A DNA stretch of 61,683 nt from Candidatus Azambacteria bacterium (GTDB taxonomy: Bacteria; Patescibacteriota; Minisyncoccia; GWC2-36-17; WO2-46-25), in the NCBI GenBank assembly GCA_016200965.1, contig JACQDT010000026.1, forward strand, positions 1 to 61,683. Direction: 5' to 3'. Under the pieces are notes generated by a model that made no database searches, had not been told where the DNA came from, and was given only the letters and a program-made list of their open reading frames with translations. The translations under genes and the position numbers were made by a program. How positions within the stretch are numbered: the first letter of the stretch is position 1; each line of letters begins with the position of its first letter. Below are positions 1-10,280 of this stretch, in pieces.

Positions 1-749
1 AAAGGCCCTACCATCGGCACAATTTCAAATACAGCAGCGATCACGCCCAACAATAAGGCATACGGGACACCTATTATGGAAAGCCCTACAAATACGGTGA
101 GACCCACAATGCATCCGAGCAACAGCTGTCCCTGAAACCATCGTCCAAGTTTGTGTTCCACCCTTTTCCACAGATCCAGCACATAGCTTTCTTCCTCCTT
201 GGGCGTCACCAATCGTAAAAAATCATCCACTCCTTTTTGCTGGACGGCCAAATAAAAAGAAATAACCACCACGGCGCCAAACGCCACTACGCCTCCGAAC
301 AAACCGGAAATCGCGCGCACTACTCCGGAAGTATAACTCTTGATTTGCTCGCCCGCCGCGATAAGAAATCCCTGCGCATCTTTCGCCCAATCGGGAGAAA
401 TGCCGCGGGTCGTCCGGAATATCTGTTTGGAAACCGTATCGTAATAATCAGGAAGCACCACCGCGAACTGTTTTATTTCATCAATGATGGGCGGAATGAT
501 GGAATAAAAAACGGTTGCCAGCGCGCCGAAAATGACAAGATATACCAAAAAAACCCCTACCAGCCGAGGGACGTAATATTTCTCAAAAAAACCCACCCAC
601 GGATCCACCGCCGAAGCAATGATGATCGCCAGAAACAAAATGGCAAGCACTTCCTTGATGAGATATAAAAACACGAAACCAAGCAGTACCAACACCACCT
701 TTATAATGACGGAAAGCCGGATATCAAACGATTGTTTCTGCCCAAGCAT
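1..749 (-). CDS. AI-2E family transporter (PerM/UPF0118-like), partial; C-terminus lies beyond the window start
   Basis: Absent from the ORF track because it has no stop inside the window. My reverse-strand translation from the ATG at 747-749 reads MLGQKQSFDIRLSVIIKVVLVLLGFVFLYLIKEVLAILFLAIIIASAVDPWV...LLLGVIAAVFEIVPMVGP. It is a multi-helix membrane protein with an AI-2E-type EIVPxxGP region. Confidence 0.75.
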   Translation of the reverse strand, partial: MLGQKQSFDIRLSVIIKVVLVLLGFVFLYLIKEVLAILFLAIIIASAVDPWVGFFEKYYVPRLVGVFLVYLVIFGALATVFYSIIPPIIDEIKQFAVVLPDYYDTVSKQIFRTTRGISPDWAKDAQGFLIAAGEQIKSYTSGVVRAISGLFGGVVAFGAVVVISFYLAVQQKGVDDFLRLVTPKEEESYVLDLWKRVEHKLGRWFQGQLLLGCIVGLTVFVGLSIIGVPYALLLGVIAAVFEIVPMVGP

Positions 750-765
750 GCATCTATGGTATCAC

Positions 766-2148
766 TTACTTTTTATGGAGTAAATGAACCTCTTTGACGA
801 ACTGCACCCCACGGTCAAATTCGTTTTTGAAAATTCCGAAGCTCGCGGCGCCGGGAGACAACAGCACGATGTCGCCTTTTTTTATATGCGGTCTCGCCAT
901 GCGCATCGCTTCTTTCATGCTCTGTACAACGCCGAGGATATGCGAATAGTTCTTCAGTTCTTTGCGTATTTTGTCCGCCGCCGTCCCCGCAAAAAGCACG
1001 AGAAACGGCCGGCGCTTTTTCACTTCTTTGGCATACGCGCGATAGTCAAGTTTTTTATCCGTTCCGCCTGCAAGCAATATCATTCGTTTTGACTTAAGCG
1101 CGCGAAGCGCCGCGATGGCGGCGTCGGGCGTGGTTGCGGTCGTATCGTTGTAATATTTCACGCCGCCGATTTCGCGGACCAGCTCCAGCCGGCTGGAAAC
1201 GCCGGTGAACGCCCGCAGGACTTTTTTGATATGCACAGGCGACACATGCGTGATCATAGCGGCGCACACGGCGGCGCAGATGTTCTCCAGATTATGCGAT
1301 CCTTTAAGCCGAACATCGGAAACGTTCGCGGCAACCGCTTCCTTTCCATCGGCGCGAAACACAATGTTTCCGCCGCGCACGAACACGCCATCCCCCGCAA
1401 ACGGCTTTTGGGAAAACCAGAACACGCGCGAGCGCGCTTTCTTTACTCTCTTTCGTAATTGAGCGTCATCCCTGTTCACCACAAGAAAATCCCCATGGGT
1501 CTGATATTTAAATATGTTTTCTTTGTCTTTATAATACTCGTTCAAATTTTTATATTTGTTGAGGTGGTCAACCAGCAAATTAGTGATGACCGCGATATGC
1601 GGGCCCTTTTTCACCGCCGGAAGCTGTTGCAGATTCCAGCTTGAAAGTTCCGCGACGACCACGTTTCCCGGCTTCACCTTCTCAATCACCGCAAGCGGCG
1701 ATACGCCCACATTGCCGCATAAAAAGGTCTCGTAATGTTCTTTTAAAAATTCGTTCAAAAGAGTGGCAGTGGTCGTTTTGCCGCGCGTGCCCGTCACGCC
1801 GACAAGCGGATTATTGTTCAGCGACAAAAAAATACTCCAGTCGTTATGAACCGGGATATTCCGCTTTCTCGCGGCGGCAAGATACGGCGAACCGACCGGC
1901 ACATCCGGATTTTTCACGATAATATCCGCCATCTGAAAATCAATTTTTCTGTGTTTCCCGAATATATATTTAATAGTGCGGTATCCGGCAAGTTTTTTAA
2001 GCTGACGGACAAAGACCTCCTTTGGTTTTAAATCGGTAACGAGCACCTTCGCTCCCGCGCGCGCGAAAAAACGAGCCGCGGCGATGCCCGACCCCTGATC
2101 ATAACTCCCTAGTCCCATAATGACGACTTTTTTCCCTTTGAAATCCAT
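766..2148 (-). CDS. murD: UDP-N-acetylmuramoylalanine--D-glutamate ligase
   Basis: 460 aa. N-terminal Rossmann-like VVIMGLGSYDQGSG and Mur-ligase P-loop GVTGTRGKTTT. Length and domain order match MurD. Confidence 0.9.
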   Translation of the reverse strand: MDFKGKKVVIMGLGSYDQGSGIAAARFFARAGAKVLVTDLKPKEVFVRQLKKLAGYRTIKYIFGKHRKIDFQMADIIVKNPDVPVGSPYLAAARKRNIPVHNDWSIFLSLNNNPLVGVTGTRGKTTTATLLNEFLKEHYETFLCGNVGVSPLAVIEKVKPGNVVVAELSSWNLQQLPAVKKGPHIAVITNLLVDHLNKYKNLNEYYKDKENIFKYQTHGDFLVVNRDDAQLRKRVKKARSRVFWFSQKPFAGDGVFVRGGNIVFRADGKEAVAANVSDVRLKGSHNLENICAAVCAAMITHVSPVHIKKVLRAFTGVSSRLELVREIGGVKYYNDTTATTPDAAIAALRALKSKRMILLAGGTDKKLDYRAYAKEVKKRRPFLVLFAGTAADKIRKELKNYSHILGVVQSMKEAMRMARPHIKKGDIVLLSPGAASFGIFKNEFDRGVQFVKEVHLLHKK

Positions 2149-2151
2149 CTT

Positions 2152-3318
2152 TTAGAAAGTAAATTGCATCGTTTCCGTTTTTTCAATCGCTTCGCTTATC
2201 AACGCCTCCGCATCCAGTTTGCTTTCCAACCGCTTGACCACCAAAAGGTTCGCTTTCGTTTCCGGATGTTCCGGCACGAACAAGCTGCAACAGTCCTCAT
2301 ACGGCTGTGAGGACGCATCGTTCGTGCCTATTTCCTTCGCGCGGGCGATGATATTTTCTTTGTTCTCTCCGATAAGCGGGCGGAACACAGGCATGCTTAC
2401 CGCGGCGGAAATCACCGCGATATTTTCAAGCGTCTGCGAGGCGACTTGCCCGAGCGAGTCCCCGGTGACCAGCGCGCCGTATTTTGCTTTCTCCGCGACG
2501 CGCTCCGCGATGCGCATCATGAAGCGGCGATATAAAATGACGCGATTTTTGGTATCTGCTATCGCGGCAAGCATTGCCTTCTGCACCGGCAAAAACGGCA
2601 CGAGATATAACGTTGAGTGATACTGATACTGCGTCAGAATCTTCGCGATCTCTTTCACGTTCTCCTGCGACGCCTGCGAAGTGGAGGGATAGCTGTGAAA
2701 ATGGACGAACGCCACCTCGCACCCCCTGCGCATCATGGACCACGCCGCGACGGGCGAATCAAAGCCGGATGAAAGAAGGGAGAGGACCCTACCGGACGTT
2801 CCCACAGGCAGGCCGCCATACCCCTTCTCTTTTTCAAAATACAAGAATACTTCTTTGCCCGCGATTTCGAGGAAACAGGTGAGATCAGGATAATCTAAAT
2901 CGACTTTTTTGCCGAGCTGTTCTTTGATCCGCAAACCAAGCCGTTCGTTTATCTCCTGCGACGTCACGGGGAACGATTTATCGGAGCGACGCGCGGCGAT
3001 CCGGAACGTGCCAAACTCCTTGCGCGCGACCTCATCAAACGCCTCCTGCGAAAATGTTTCAAAATCGGAAGAGAGTTTTTGCGTGAACGCAAAATTCGCG
3101 ATGCCGAATACCCGCCTAAGTCGTTCTTTCACCGCGTCCTCATCCGCATCGGGGCCGAGCGCAATTGCAATTCTACCGGAAAATATTTTTCCTTTTTCAT
3201 ACCACCCGCCAAGCGCTGTTTTGATGTTCGCCAAAAGCGCCTTTTCAAACAGAGGCCTGTTCCCCCCTTTTAGAGAGATTTCATGGTAATGGATAAGAGC
3301 GATTTTTTCAGAACCCAT
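2152..3318 (-). CDS. thiI: tRNA 4-thiouridine synthase ThiI
   Basis: 388 aa. THUMP-type N-terminal half and PP-loop LLSSGFDSPVAAW. Confidence 0.85.
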   Translation of the reverse strand: MGSEKIALIHYHEISLKGGNRPLFEKALLANIKTALGGWYEKGKIFSGRIAIALGPDADEDAVKERLRRVFGIANFAFTQKLSSDFETFSQEAFDEVARKEFGTFRIAARRSDKSFPVTSQEINERLGLRIKEQLGKKVDLDYPDLTCFLEIAGKEVFLYFEKEKGYGGLPVGTSGRVLSLLSSGFDSPVAAWSMMRRGCEVAFVHFHSYPSTSQASQENVKEIAKILTQYQYHSTLYLVPFLPVQKAMLAAIADTKNRVILYRRFMMRIAERVAEKAKYGALVTGDSLGQVASQTLENIAVISAAVSMPVFRPLIGENKENIIARAKEIGTNDASSQPYEDCCSLFVPEHPETKANLLVVKRLESKLDAEALISEAIEKTETMQFTF

Positions 3319-3319
3319 G

Positions 3320-4063
3320 TCATTTCTTATCCAGTTTTCTTTCTATCCGTTCAAGGCGACTCACGATGTCATCAACGCCAAGCTGGTCCTTGATTCCTTC
3401 AAGCAGATCGTCATCCTTGGTCTGGCGGGAATATTCTCTCATGAAAAATGAAACCAGCGACGCGATGAGAATGGAAAAGACCGCAAACCCGAGCGTCATG
3501 AGCGTCGCGCCCACCATTCTTCCTCCGAATGTCGTCACGTCATACATCGCATGCCCAGAACTGGTCACATAATTCATCGCCCACCACACCGCCTGAGGGA
3601 ACGTATGAATGGCGGCCTGCGGATTTTGCTGTTCAAAAAAGAGCGCGAGATCAGCGCCAGCGAGCACCACCACCGTCACAAAAATAAGATAATACAGGAA
3701 ATTAAGACCGAACGAGCCGAGCGCGGCGAGCACCTTGTCGGAAAGCAAAAGCACGGGAAGCCGCATGAAACGAAGCACTTTAAATATCCGGAACACGGGC
3801 GTAAACACGACCAGTACATCAAACCAATTTTCCTTCAAATGTTCTGTCTTATCTTTGGCAAGCGTCACGCGGAGCACGAACTCGCCCGTGAACACCATCC
3901 ACAAAGTGAAATAATACGCTTTGAAATATATCTCCGTCTCGGACGAAAATGAAGTAAAAAACTCCGCGAGAATCATCGGGAGAAGCGGTATTGAAAACAC
4001 CCACAATAATATGTCTATTTTTTTCGCGGCGTCCGAAAGGACGCGTTCAGTGGCTTCGTTCAT
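3320..4063 (-). CDS. Ion transport family protein (voltage-gated-channel-like) with a divergent pore sequence
   Basis: 247 aa. Multiple TM helices, an S4-like basic helix [12 protein letters not shown] and a pore region [23 protein letters not shown] in place of a TVGYGD-type filter. Confidence 0.6.
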   Translation of the reverse strand: MNEATERVLSDAAKKIDILLWVFSIPLLPMILAEFFTSFSSETEIYFKAYYFTLWMVFTGEFVLRVTLAKDKTEHLKENWFDVLVVFTPVFRIFKVLRFMRLPVLLLSDKVLAALGSFGLNFLYYLIFVTVVVLAGADLALFFEQQNPQAAIHTFPQAVWWAMNYVTSSGHAMYDVTTFGGRMVGATLMTLGFAVFSILIASLVSFFMREYSRQTKDDDLLEGIKDQLGVDDIVSRLERIERKLDKK

Positions 4064-4641
4064 TGCAAATATATTCTTTTTATCGTGTCACCCCTTTGAA
4101 TTAAGCGCACTACATCAAGCCCTTCGGTCACATACCCGAACACGGCATAGTTCCCGTCCAAAAACGATTGCGCGCCGATGGTGATATAAAATTGTGAGCT
4201 TGCCGAGTTTGGGTCCATCGAGCGCGCCATCGCAAGCGCGCCGTCTGTATGCGCAAGCGCGACCGGACAGGATACCGTCTTTCCTTCATTCATCGTGCCG
4301 TCTTGGCATTTGATTTCAAGCGGAATGTTCGCGCCCGACCCCCCCGTGCCGTCGCCTTTTGGGTCGCCTCCTTGTATCACGAAATTATTCTCCACGCGAT
4401 GAAACGTCAGCCCGTCATAGAATTTGCGCGACACCAGATCGGTAAAATTCTTCACCGTCTTGGGCGCGTCTTTCTCCCTGAGTTCCGCCTTGATGACTCC
4501 CTTGCTCGTTTCAATCACCACCATTTGTTTTTTCCCTTTCGCGGTCCCTTCCGGCGCGCGCTCACCCGACATGAAAAAATACGCGCCCGCCAGCACGAGA
4601 AGCACCAAAGGAACGGTAAATACTATTGCGTTGCGATTCAT
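4060..4641 (-). CDS. Peptidyl-prolyl cis-trans isomerase, cyclophilin type, membrane-anchored or secreted
   Basis: 193 aa. N-terminal hydrophobic helix, then the cyclophilin signature [22 protein letters not shown]. Confidence 0.9.
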   Translation of the reverse strand: MNRNAIVFTVPLVLLVLAGAYFFMSGERAPEGTAKGKKQMVVIETSKGVIKAELREKDAPKTVKNFTDLVSRKFYDGLTFHRVENNFVIQGGDPKGDGTGGSGANIPLEIKCQDGTMNEGKTVSCPVALAHTDGALAMARSMDPNSASSQFYITIGAQSFLDGNYAVFGYVTEGLDVVRLIQRGDTIKRIYLQ

Positions 4642-4646
4642 ATTGA

Positions 4647-5177
4647 TTAATGTTGTGATATGCGTACTGTGTCGCCCTTACGAATGCCGTGCGCCTTCAC
4701 GAACCCCGCATTCACCTCAAGCACCACATCTCCCGGCGCCTGGGGCGTAAGCGTCACAGGCGCGCCCGAGAACATCGGCAGATTTTCATATATATCGACT
4801 ATGATATCACCGTCTATCCATATGAGGTCAAGCGGGAACCGCATGTCCTTGTTCCAGAACATGTATATTCCTTTGCGGTCAAAAGCAAACAGCATCCCCT
4901 CCCCATCCGCCAATGATTCTCTGTCTGAAAGCCCCTGTTCTTTCTTTTCTTTTGATATCGCTGTCTCCGCGCGCACTCGAATGTTCCCTATCTCTACCTG
5001 CACCCGCATATCATCCCGCAGATCCGCGACAGAGATTGACTTTTTTTCCTGAAGACGCTGCATCGGCAACGCAATATTCTTGCGCGCCGCATAAAAAAAT
5101 ACGGGAATCATAAGCGCGAACAAAAACACGACGATAACCAGCGCACGCACCGCTTCTCTGTGATTATTTCCGATCAT
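4647..5177 (-). CDS. DUF192 domain protein
   Basis: 176 aa. N-terminal TM helix. GMLFAF...[17 protein letters not shown] resembles the DUF192 (COG1430) core. Confidence 0.7.
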   Translation of the reverse strand: MIGNNHREAVRALVIVVFLFALMIPVFFYAARKNIALPMQRLQEKKSISVADLRDDMRVQVEIGNIRVRAETAISKEKKEQGLSDRESLADGEGMLFAFDRKGIYMFWNKDMRFPLDLIWIDGDIIVDIYENLPMFSGAPVTLTPQAPGDVVLEVNAGFVKAHGIRKGDTVRISQH

Positions 5178-6507
5178 AAAGCATATTTCTTATTTCTTCA
5201 ATGACGATGCCTTCCTCGTTCCAAGGGAGCGGCCCTTCTTTAGTCACCATCGTCTGCTCCGTTCCCTTGCCCAGAAAAATAACAATGTCGTTCCATCGCG
5301 CCTTATCCACGGCCGTCCGAATCGCCTTTCTTCTATCCTGAATTGTTTCAAGCACACCATGAAATCCCGCTGCACTGATTCCCTCTGCGATAGCCGCGCA
5401 AATCGCGTCGGGGTCTTCGTCATACGAATCTTCGTTGGTTAAAATGATATAGTCGCAATACCGCGCCGCGATCTTGCCGAGTTCAGGCCGTTTCCATTTA
5501 TCCCTTCCTCCGCCGGCCGATCCGAAGACCGCGATAATCCGCCCGTGCGGCTGTTTAAGCGTTGCCAGCATCCCGAACGCCCCTTCAAACGACGAAGGCG
5601 TGTGGGCAAGATCAATGATCGCCGTAAACTTCTGTCCTTCGCGCACAAATTTCATCCGTCCCGGAATTTCTTCTATTTTTTTGAGAGCCGCGCTTGCCGC
5701 ATTGAAATCTACGCCTAAACTTTTTGCAATCACCGCGGCGGCAAACGCATTATATATATTAAACTCACCCAACACATGCAAAGAAAATGAAACGTCGTCT
5801 GCCGTAAACGCAATTCCCGATGCGTCCACCTTCACCGCCGAAGCGAAAACACACACGGTATCGCCGCCCCCTGCCCCTTTACACGCGCCTTTTATGCTGA
5901 ACCCGTATTTTTTATCCGCCTTGAAACCGCTAAAATACGCGGCGTGTTCGTCGTCCATATTCACCACCGAAATTTTTTCCGCTTGCTTTCCTGAAAGCGT
6001 CTTGCGGCGCGCCTGTTCAAGCGCCGCAAAGAGCTTGCCCTTGGCTTGTTTATAGTTTTCAAACCCGCCATGCGCTTCAATGTGCTCCGGCGAAAGATTG
6101 GTAAACGCCGCAACATCGAAATTAATAAAGCGATGGCGATATTGCTTGATGCCCTCGGACGTAGTCTCAATAAGCGCATGCGTGCACCCCGCTGTTTTTG
6201 CCTGATACAAGAATTCCTGGAGCTTGAATCTTCCCGCCATGGTCATGTGGTACGGATTCAGCCACTCATTCTCTTTGATCTTAAACATGAGCGAAGAAGA
6301 TACCGCCACTTTCATGCCCGCCTCTTCCAATATTTTGGCGCACATGAAAATGGTGCTTGATTTGCCTTTCGTGCCCGTCACCCCGATCACGATCATTGAC
6401 CCCGACGGAAAACCGTACCATAGCGCGGCCATAAACGCGAGAGAAAAATGATACGCGGAAATTAAAAACGAAGGGATAAGTTGTTTCACGGAACTTTTTA
6501 GCGCCAT
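5164..6507 (-). CDS. Mur ligase family protein, MurE-like (UDP-MurNAc-L-Ala-D-Glu:diamino acid ligase)
   Basis: P-loop VIGVTGTKGKSST and C-terminal GSAGGGRDKWKRPELG. The ORF is annotated from 6636, but ATG at 6507 (MALKSSVKQ) sits 6 nt after the upstream FemAB stop. LTNEDSYDEDP replaces the DNPR motif of DAP-adding MurE. Confidence 0.8.
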   Translation of the reverse strand: MALKSSVKQLIPSFLISAYHFSLAFMAALWYGFPSGSMIVIGVTGTKGKSSTIFMCAKILEEAGMKVAVSSSLMFKIKENEWLNPYHMTMAGRFKLQEFLYQAKTAGCTHALIETTSEGIKQYRHRFINFDVAAFTNLSPEHIEAHGGFENYKQAKGKLFAALEQARRKTLSGKQAEKISVVNMDDEHAAYFSGFKADKKYGFSIKGACKGAGGGDTVCVFASAVKVDASGIAFTADDVSFSLHVLGEFNIYNAFAAAVIAKSLGVDFNAASAALKKIEEIPGRMKFVREGQKFTAIIDLAHTPSSFEGAFGMLATLKQPHGRIIAVFGSAGGGRDKWKRPELGKIAARYCDYIILTNEDSYDEDPDAICAAIAEGISAAGFHGVLETIQDRRKAIRTAVDKARWNDIVIFLGKGTEQTMVTKEGPLPWNEEGIVIEEIRNMLYDRK

Positions 6508-7547
6508 AATGTCCTCATCTTTCTTACTGCTCCGTACGCAGTATACCATAACCGATTCAGGGGAAAATCGTATGCTCCCGGATATTCCGTCACCCCACCC
6601 GCAAACCCTATTTTGAAACGTGAAAAACCGTCCCATTTCTTGCGGTTTTGTTCCTTCGTGCGCTCGGTAGTGATTCCCCAGAAATCATATTCCGAAAATC
6701 CGCGGGATTTCGCGAACCGCATGATCTCCCAATGCAAAAGATACGGGGCCATGGCGGCGCGGTGTTTTTCCGACGACGCGCCATGCAGATACGTCGCGCG
6801 GGCTCCGAAAAATCCGACGAGCGCGACGGCAACGATCTGGTCGCCGTATTGCGCGAAAAAAAGGCGCTGGGCATACTGCGGGGCTCTCGCCTTGATCTCT
6901 TTTCCAAGGAATAATTCCATCATATCCGTATAATACTTGTTCGGGTGTAGGCGAAATCGGTTCCGCTTTGCAGTATCGGAAAGCAACGATAGAAAAATAT
7001 CGGGGTCAAGCTTTCCCTGTTTGTCGGGACTTATTATTTTTATCTCATGCCGCAGGGCCACTTTAATGTTGTACCGGGTCTTTTGTTTCATCTTTGAAAG
7101 CAGTTCGTCTTCCGTCTGCGAAAGATCCATGATCATCGTCTCGGTCGCCTGTATATCTTTATCGGATTTTGCAAGCGCGTCGGAAAGCAACGACACGTCA
7201 AAGCCGGCGTCGGGTTCTATTTTTATGAAAATCACATTCTCGGGCGCAGCGCTTTGGAGTTGCCGTACAAAAAAATCAACGGTTTCTTTTTGCGACTGAT
7301 CCTGCGCGCCGACCACGGGGCCGTACGGAACGTACCAATACCACTTGTTGAACGGGAGACGATAATGAATAATGTTCGCGCATAAAAGCACCGTCCCGTT
7401 TTTTTTTACTATCGCGCGCGAAACGCCGCGTCCAAATTTCTTCTGAAACTCTCCCCACTCATACGACTGCAAAAAACTCCCGCCGTTGGCGATCACAGAA
7501 CGGTTCCAATCTTGGGCAAAAAGTGAAGGGTGAAGCGAAAATTCCAT
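6498..7547 (-). CDS. FemAB family peptidoglycan interpeptide-bridge aminoacyltransferase
   Basis: 349 aa. FLQSYEWGEFQKKFGR at the N-terminus and a two-lobed GNAT-like length typical of FemX/FemAB. Confidence 0.8.
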   Translation of the reverse strand: MEFSLHPSLFAQDWNRSVIANGGSFLQSYEWGEFQKKFGRGVSRAIVKKNGTVLLCANIIHYRLPFNKWYWYVPYGPVVGAQDQSQKETVDFFVRQLQSAAPENVIFIKIEPDAGFDVSLLSDALAKSDKDIQATETMIMDLSQTEDELLSKMKQKTRYNIKVALRHEIKIISPDKQGKLDPDIFLSLLSDTAKRNRFRLHPNKYYTDMMELFLGKEIKARAPQYAQRLFFAQYGDQIVAVALVGFFGARATYLHGASSEKHRAAMAPYLLHWEIMRFAKSRGFSEYDFWGITTERTKEQNRKKWDGFSRFKIGFAGGVTEYPGAYDFPLNRLWYTAYGAVRKMRTLWR

Positions 7548-7549
7548 CT

Positions 7550-8125
7550 TTATATGCCGAGCTTCTTGAGCGCTTCTTTAATGCGCAACTCTGTCTTCGT
7601 GATTTCTTTCGGCACTTTTTTGAGCGCCTCTCTCGCGTCTTTCATGTGCCACCCCAGCGCCACCAGCGCGTCAATCGCGTCCGCGTCAAGCGACGCATCG
7701 CCTTTTTGGATGTCAAAGCTCAACGAACTTACTTTGTCCTTGAGATCCACAATCACCTTCTGGGCTATCTTTTTTCCAACGCCTGAAATTTTCGTCAAAA
7801 AGGTCGTATCTTCGGCCGCGATCGCCCCCGCAAGCACGCTTGGCTTGTCTGTTGCAATAATAACGAGTGCCACTTTGGGACCAACCCCTGATACCGTAAT
7901 AAGCATTTCAAAAAGCTCGAGTTCCGCGGGATCAAAAAAGCCATATAACTCCATCGTGTCTTCTCGCAGGTACAGCCGCGTATACATTTTGACGGTGTGT
8001 GCCGCCTGTGGTATTTTGAGTGGTGCTCCGGAAGGCATGAATACCTTGTACCCCACGCCGCCTGCGGCGATCACGATGTATTTTTCGCTCCGCGATATAA
8101 TGGTCCCTTCAAGATAAGAAATCAT
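7550..8125 (-). CDS. ruvA: Holliday junction branch migration complex subunit RuvA
   Basis: MISYLEGTIISRSEKYIVIAAGGVGYKVFMP plus HhH repeats (LITVSGVGPKVAL, LTKISGVGKKIAQKV). Start chosen at the 6th codon of the ORF. Confidence 0.85.
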   Translation of the reverse strand: MISYLEGTIISRSEKYIVIAAGGVGYKVFMPSGAPLKIPQAAHTVKMYTRLYLREDTMELYGFFDPAELELFEMLITVSGVGPKVALVIIATDKPSVLAGAIAAEDTTFLTKISGVGKKIAQKVIVDLKDKVSSLSFDIQKGDASLDADAIDALVALGWHMKDAREALKKVPKEITKTELRIKEALKKLGI

Positions 8126-8173
8126 GGTGGTTGTTCTCATAATACCCTAACAATCCCTCTTTACTCAAATCAA

Positions 8174-10162
8174 ATGGCCCAATTTAAACTCAAGTCCCCT
8201 TTTGCGCCGGCGGGCGATCAGCCAGAAGCGATTAAAAAACTCACTGGCGGCGTGCGCGCGGGAGTGATGCATCAGGCGCTTGAAGGCGTTACCGGCTCGG
8301 GCAAAACATTCACCGTCGCCAACGTCATCGCGAACACGGGCAAACCGACACTCGTCATCTCGCACAACAAAACGCTCGCGCATCAGCTGTATCAGGAATT
8401 CAAAGAATTTTTCCCGGAGAACTCCGTGCACTATTTCGTATCCTACTACGACTACTACCAGCCCGAGGCGTATCTCCCCCGCACCGACACTTACATAGAC
8501 AAGGACGTGAAAATAAATGAAACGCTCGACCAACTGCGGCATGAAGCGGCGCAGTCAATCTTGTCGCGTGGCGACGTCGTGGTCGTCGCCTCGGTTTCCT
8601 GCATTTACAACATCGGCTCGCCGGCAAGCTATGAGCGCCTGAGCTTATATGTGTCCGCGGGTCAGTCCATGAAACAGAGAGAGTTTCTGAAACATCTGGT
8701 GTCCCTGCAATATCAGCGCAATGACATAGAAAAATTGCCGGGGACGTTTCAAGCAAAAGGAGAGTCCGTATTCGTATGCCCCCCGACGGGAAACGACACC
8801 ATAAAAATCGTATTTGAAAAAGCCGCGATTGCGGAGATGTTCACCGCCGATGATTATCTTTCCCCTTCATGGGAAAAAACGGAGCGGGTGCGGATCTTTC
8901 CCGCGAAATTCTGGATTTCAGAACAAAAAACCACGCCCATTGCGGTCGCCAATATCAAAAACGAACTGACACAGCGGCTGAAAGAATTGGAAACGCAGGG
9001 CAAACTGGTTGAAGCCCAGCGGCTGAAACAGCGCACCGAGTTTGACCTGGAAATGCTTCAAAGCACCGGATATTGCCGCGGCATTGAGAATTACTCAAGC
9101 CATATGGAATTCCGGGAGCCGGGGTCGCCGCCCTCTACGCTCATTGATTATTTCATCCGCGCATACGGCGCCGATTTTCTTGTGGTCGTTGACGAATCGC
9201 ACATGACCATCCCGCAGATCAAGGGCATGTATCACGGCGACCGCGCGCGCAAAGACACCCTTATCGATTACGGCTTCCGCCTGCCGTCGGCGCGCGACAA
9301 CCGCCCGCTGAAAATGCATGAATTCGAGGGAATGATGCCGCAGGCGCTGTATCTTTCAGCCACACCTTCTGAATACGAATTGAAAAAATCAGAGCATCAT
9401 GTGACAGAGCAGATCGCACGCCCCACCGGCCTCCTTGATCCGGAGATTTTCGTGCGGCCTACCCATAATCAAACAACAGATGCCATCGAAGAAATCAAAG
9501 TACGGGTCAAAAAACACCAGCGTGTGCTCATTACCGTGCTCACCAAGCGCATGGCCGAGGACTTCGCCGACTTTCTGAAAGAACAGGGCGTGAAAGCGGA
9601 GTACATGCACTCGGAGGTCAAAACGCTCCAGCGCGCGGACACGCTCGAGCGATTGCGCGCGGGCGAGCACGATGTGATAGTCGGCGTGAATCTTCTGCGC
9701 GAAGGGCTGGATCTGCCGGAAGTGTCGCTGGTCATCATCATGGACGCGGACAAGGAAGGATTTTTAAGGAACAAAACCACGCTCATTCAGACCATGGGTC
9801 GCGCGGCGCGCCACCACGAAGGAAGGGTAATCATGTACGCCGACACCGTCACCCAGTCGATGAAAGGAGCGATGGATGAAACAAACCGCAGGAGGAACAT
9901 ACAGGAACGCTATAACACCGCGCACGGCATCACGCCGCGCCAGATCGAAAAGCCGATACGCGAAAGGATCGCCGCGCAAAAGTCGCAAGAAAATGTTCGG
10001 GAAACGGAATTTCTGTCTCCCGGGCTCCTCACCGAAACGAAAAATGTGAAAAAGCTCATTGCCGACTATACCAAAGAAATGAAACAAGCGGCGCGCGAAC
10101 TTGATTTCACCGAAGCGGAACGACTAAAGCGTCTCATCCAAAAACTAAAAAGGTTCGCATAA
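8174..10162 (+). CDS. uvrB: Excinuclease ABC subunit B
   Basis: ATG at 8174 (MAQFKLKSPFAPAGDQPEAIKKL), Walker A GVTGSGKT, helicase motifs and a C-terminal UVR domain (DFTEAERLKRLIQKL). The first 59 codons of the tracked ORF overlap ruvA and are not UvrB-like. Confidence 0.95.
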   Translation: MAQFKLKSPFAPAGDQPEAIKKLTGGVRAGVMHQALEGVTGSGKTFTVANVIANTGKPTLVISHNKTLAHQLYQEFKEFFPENSVHYFVSYYDYYQPEAYLPRTDTYIDKDVKINETLDQLRHEAAQSILSRGDVVVVASVSCIYNIGSPASYERLSLYVSAGQSMKQREFLKHLVSLQYQRNDIEKLPGTFQAKGESVFVCPPTGNDTIKIVFEKAAIAEMFTADDYLSPSWEKTERVRIFPAKFWISEQKTTPIAVANIKNELTQRLKELETQGKLVEAQRLKQRTEFDLEMLQSTGYCRGIENYSSHMEFREPGSPPSTLIDYFIRAYGADFLVVVDESHMTIPQIKGMYHGDRARKDTLIDYGFRLPSARDNRPLKMHEFEGMMPQALYLSATPSEYELKKSEHHVTEQIARPTGLLDPEIFVRPTHNQTTDAIEEIKVRVKKHQRVLITVLTKRMAEDFADFLKEQGVKAEYMHSEVKTLQRADTLERLRAGEHDVIVGVNLLREGLDLPEVSLVIIMDADKEGFLRNKTTLIQTMGRAARHHEGRVIMYADTVTQSMKGAMDETNRRRNIQERYNTAHGITPRQIEKPIRERIAAQKSQENVRETEFLSPGLLTETKNVKKLIADYTKEMKQAARELDFTEAERLKRLIQKLKRFA

Positions 10163-10234
10163 AAAAAGCTCCGCAGTTCTCTTTCTTGAAGGACGAACTC
10201 TGGGGGGAGCGCCAAAAGAAAGAGAACGCGGAGC
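10160..10234 (-). terminator. Long hairpin with a U-tract on the minus strand (intrinsic terminator candidate)
   Basis: 10168-10187 gctccgcagttctctttctt pairs with 10216-10234 aagaaagagaacgcggagc (19 bp, one bulged A). The A7 run at 10161-10167 is a U-run after the hairpin only when read on the minus strand. Confidence 0.55.
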
Positions 10235-10280
10235 CGGCAAACTTATTGGGGAATGGAGCTGGTAAAATTGTTGTGTGCGT

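Noticed and set aside
237-668. 143-codon plus-strand ORF at the window start
   Set aside because: It lies opposite an open minus-strand frame that encodes a convincing AI-2E-type membrane protein. Its translation is basic and low-complexity.
7997-8173. N-terminal 59-codon extension of the uvrB ORF
   Set aside because: It overlaps the ruvA coding region on the other strand and is not UvrB-like. The conserved UvrB N-terminus starts at ATG 8174.
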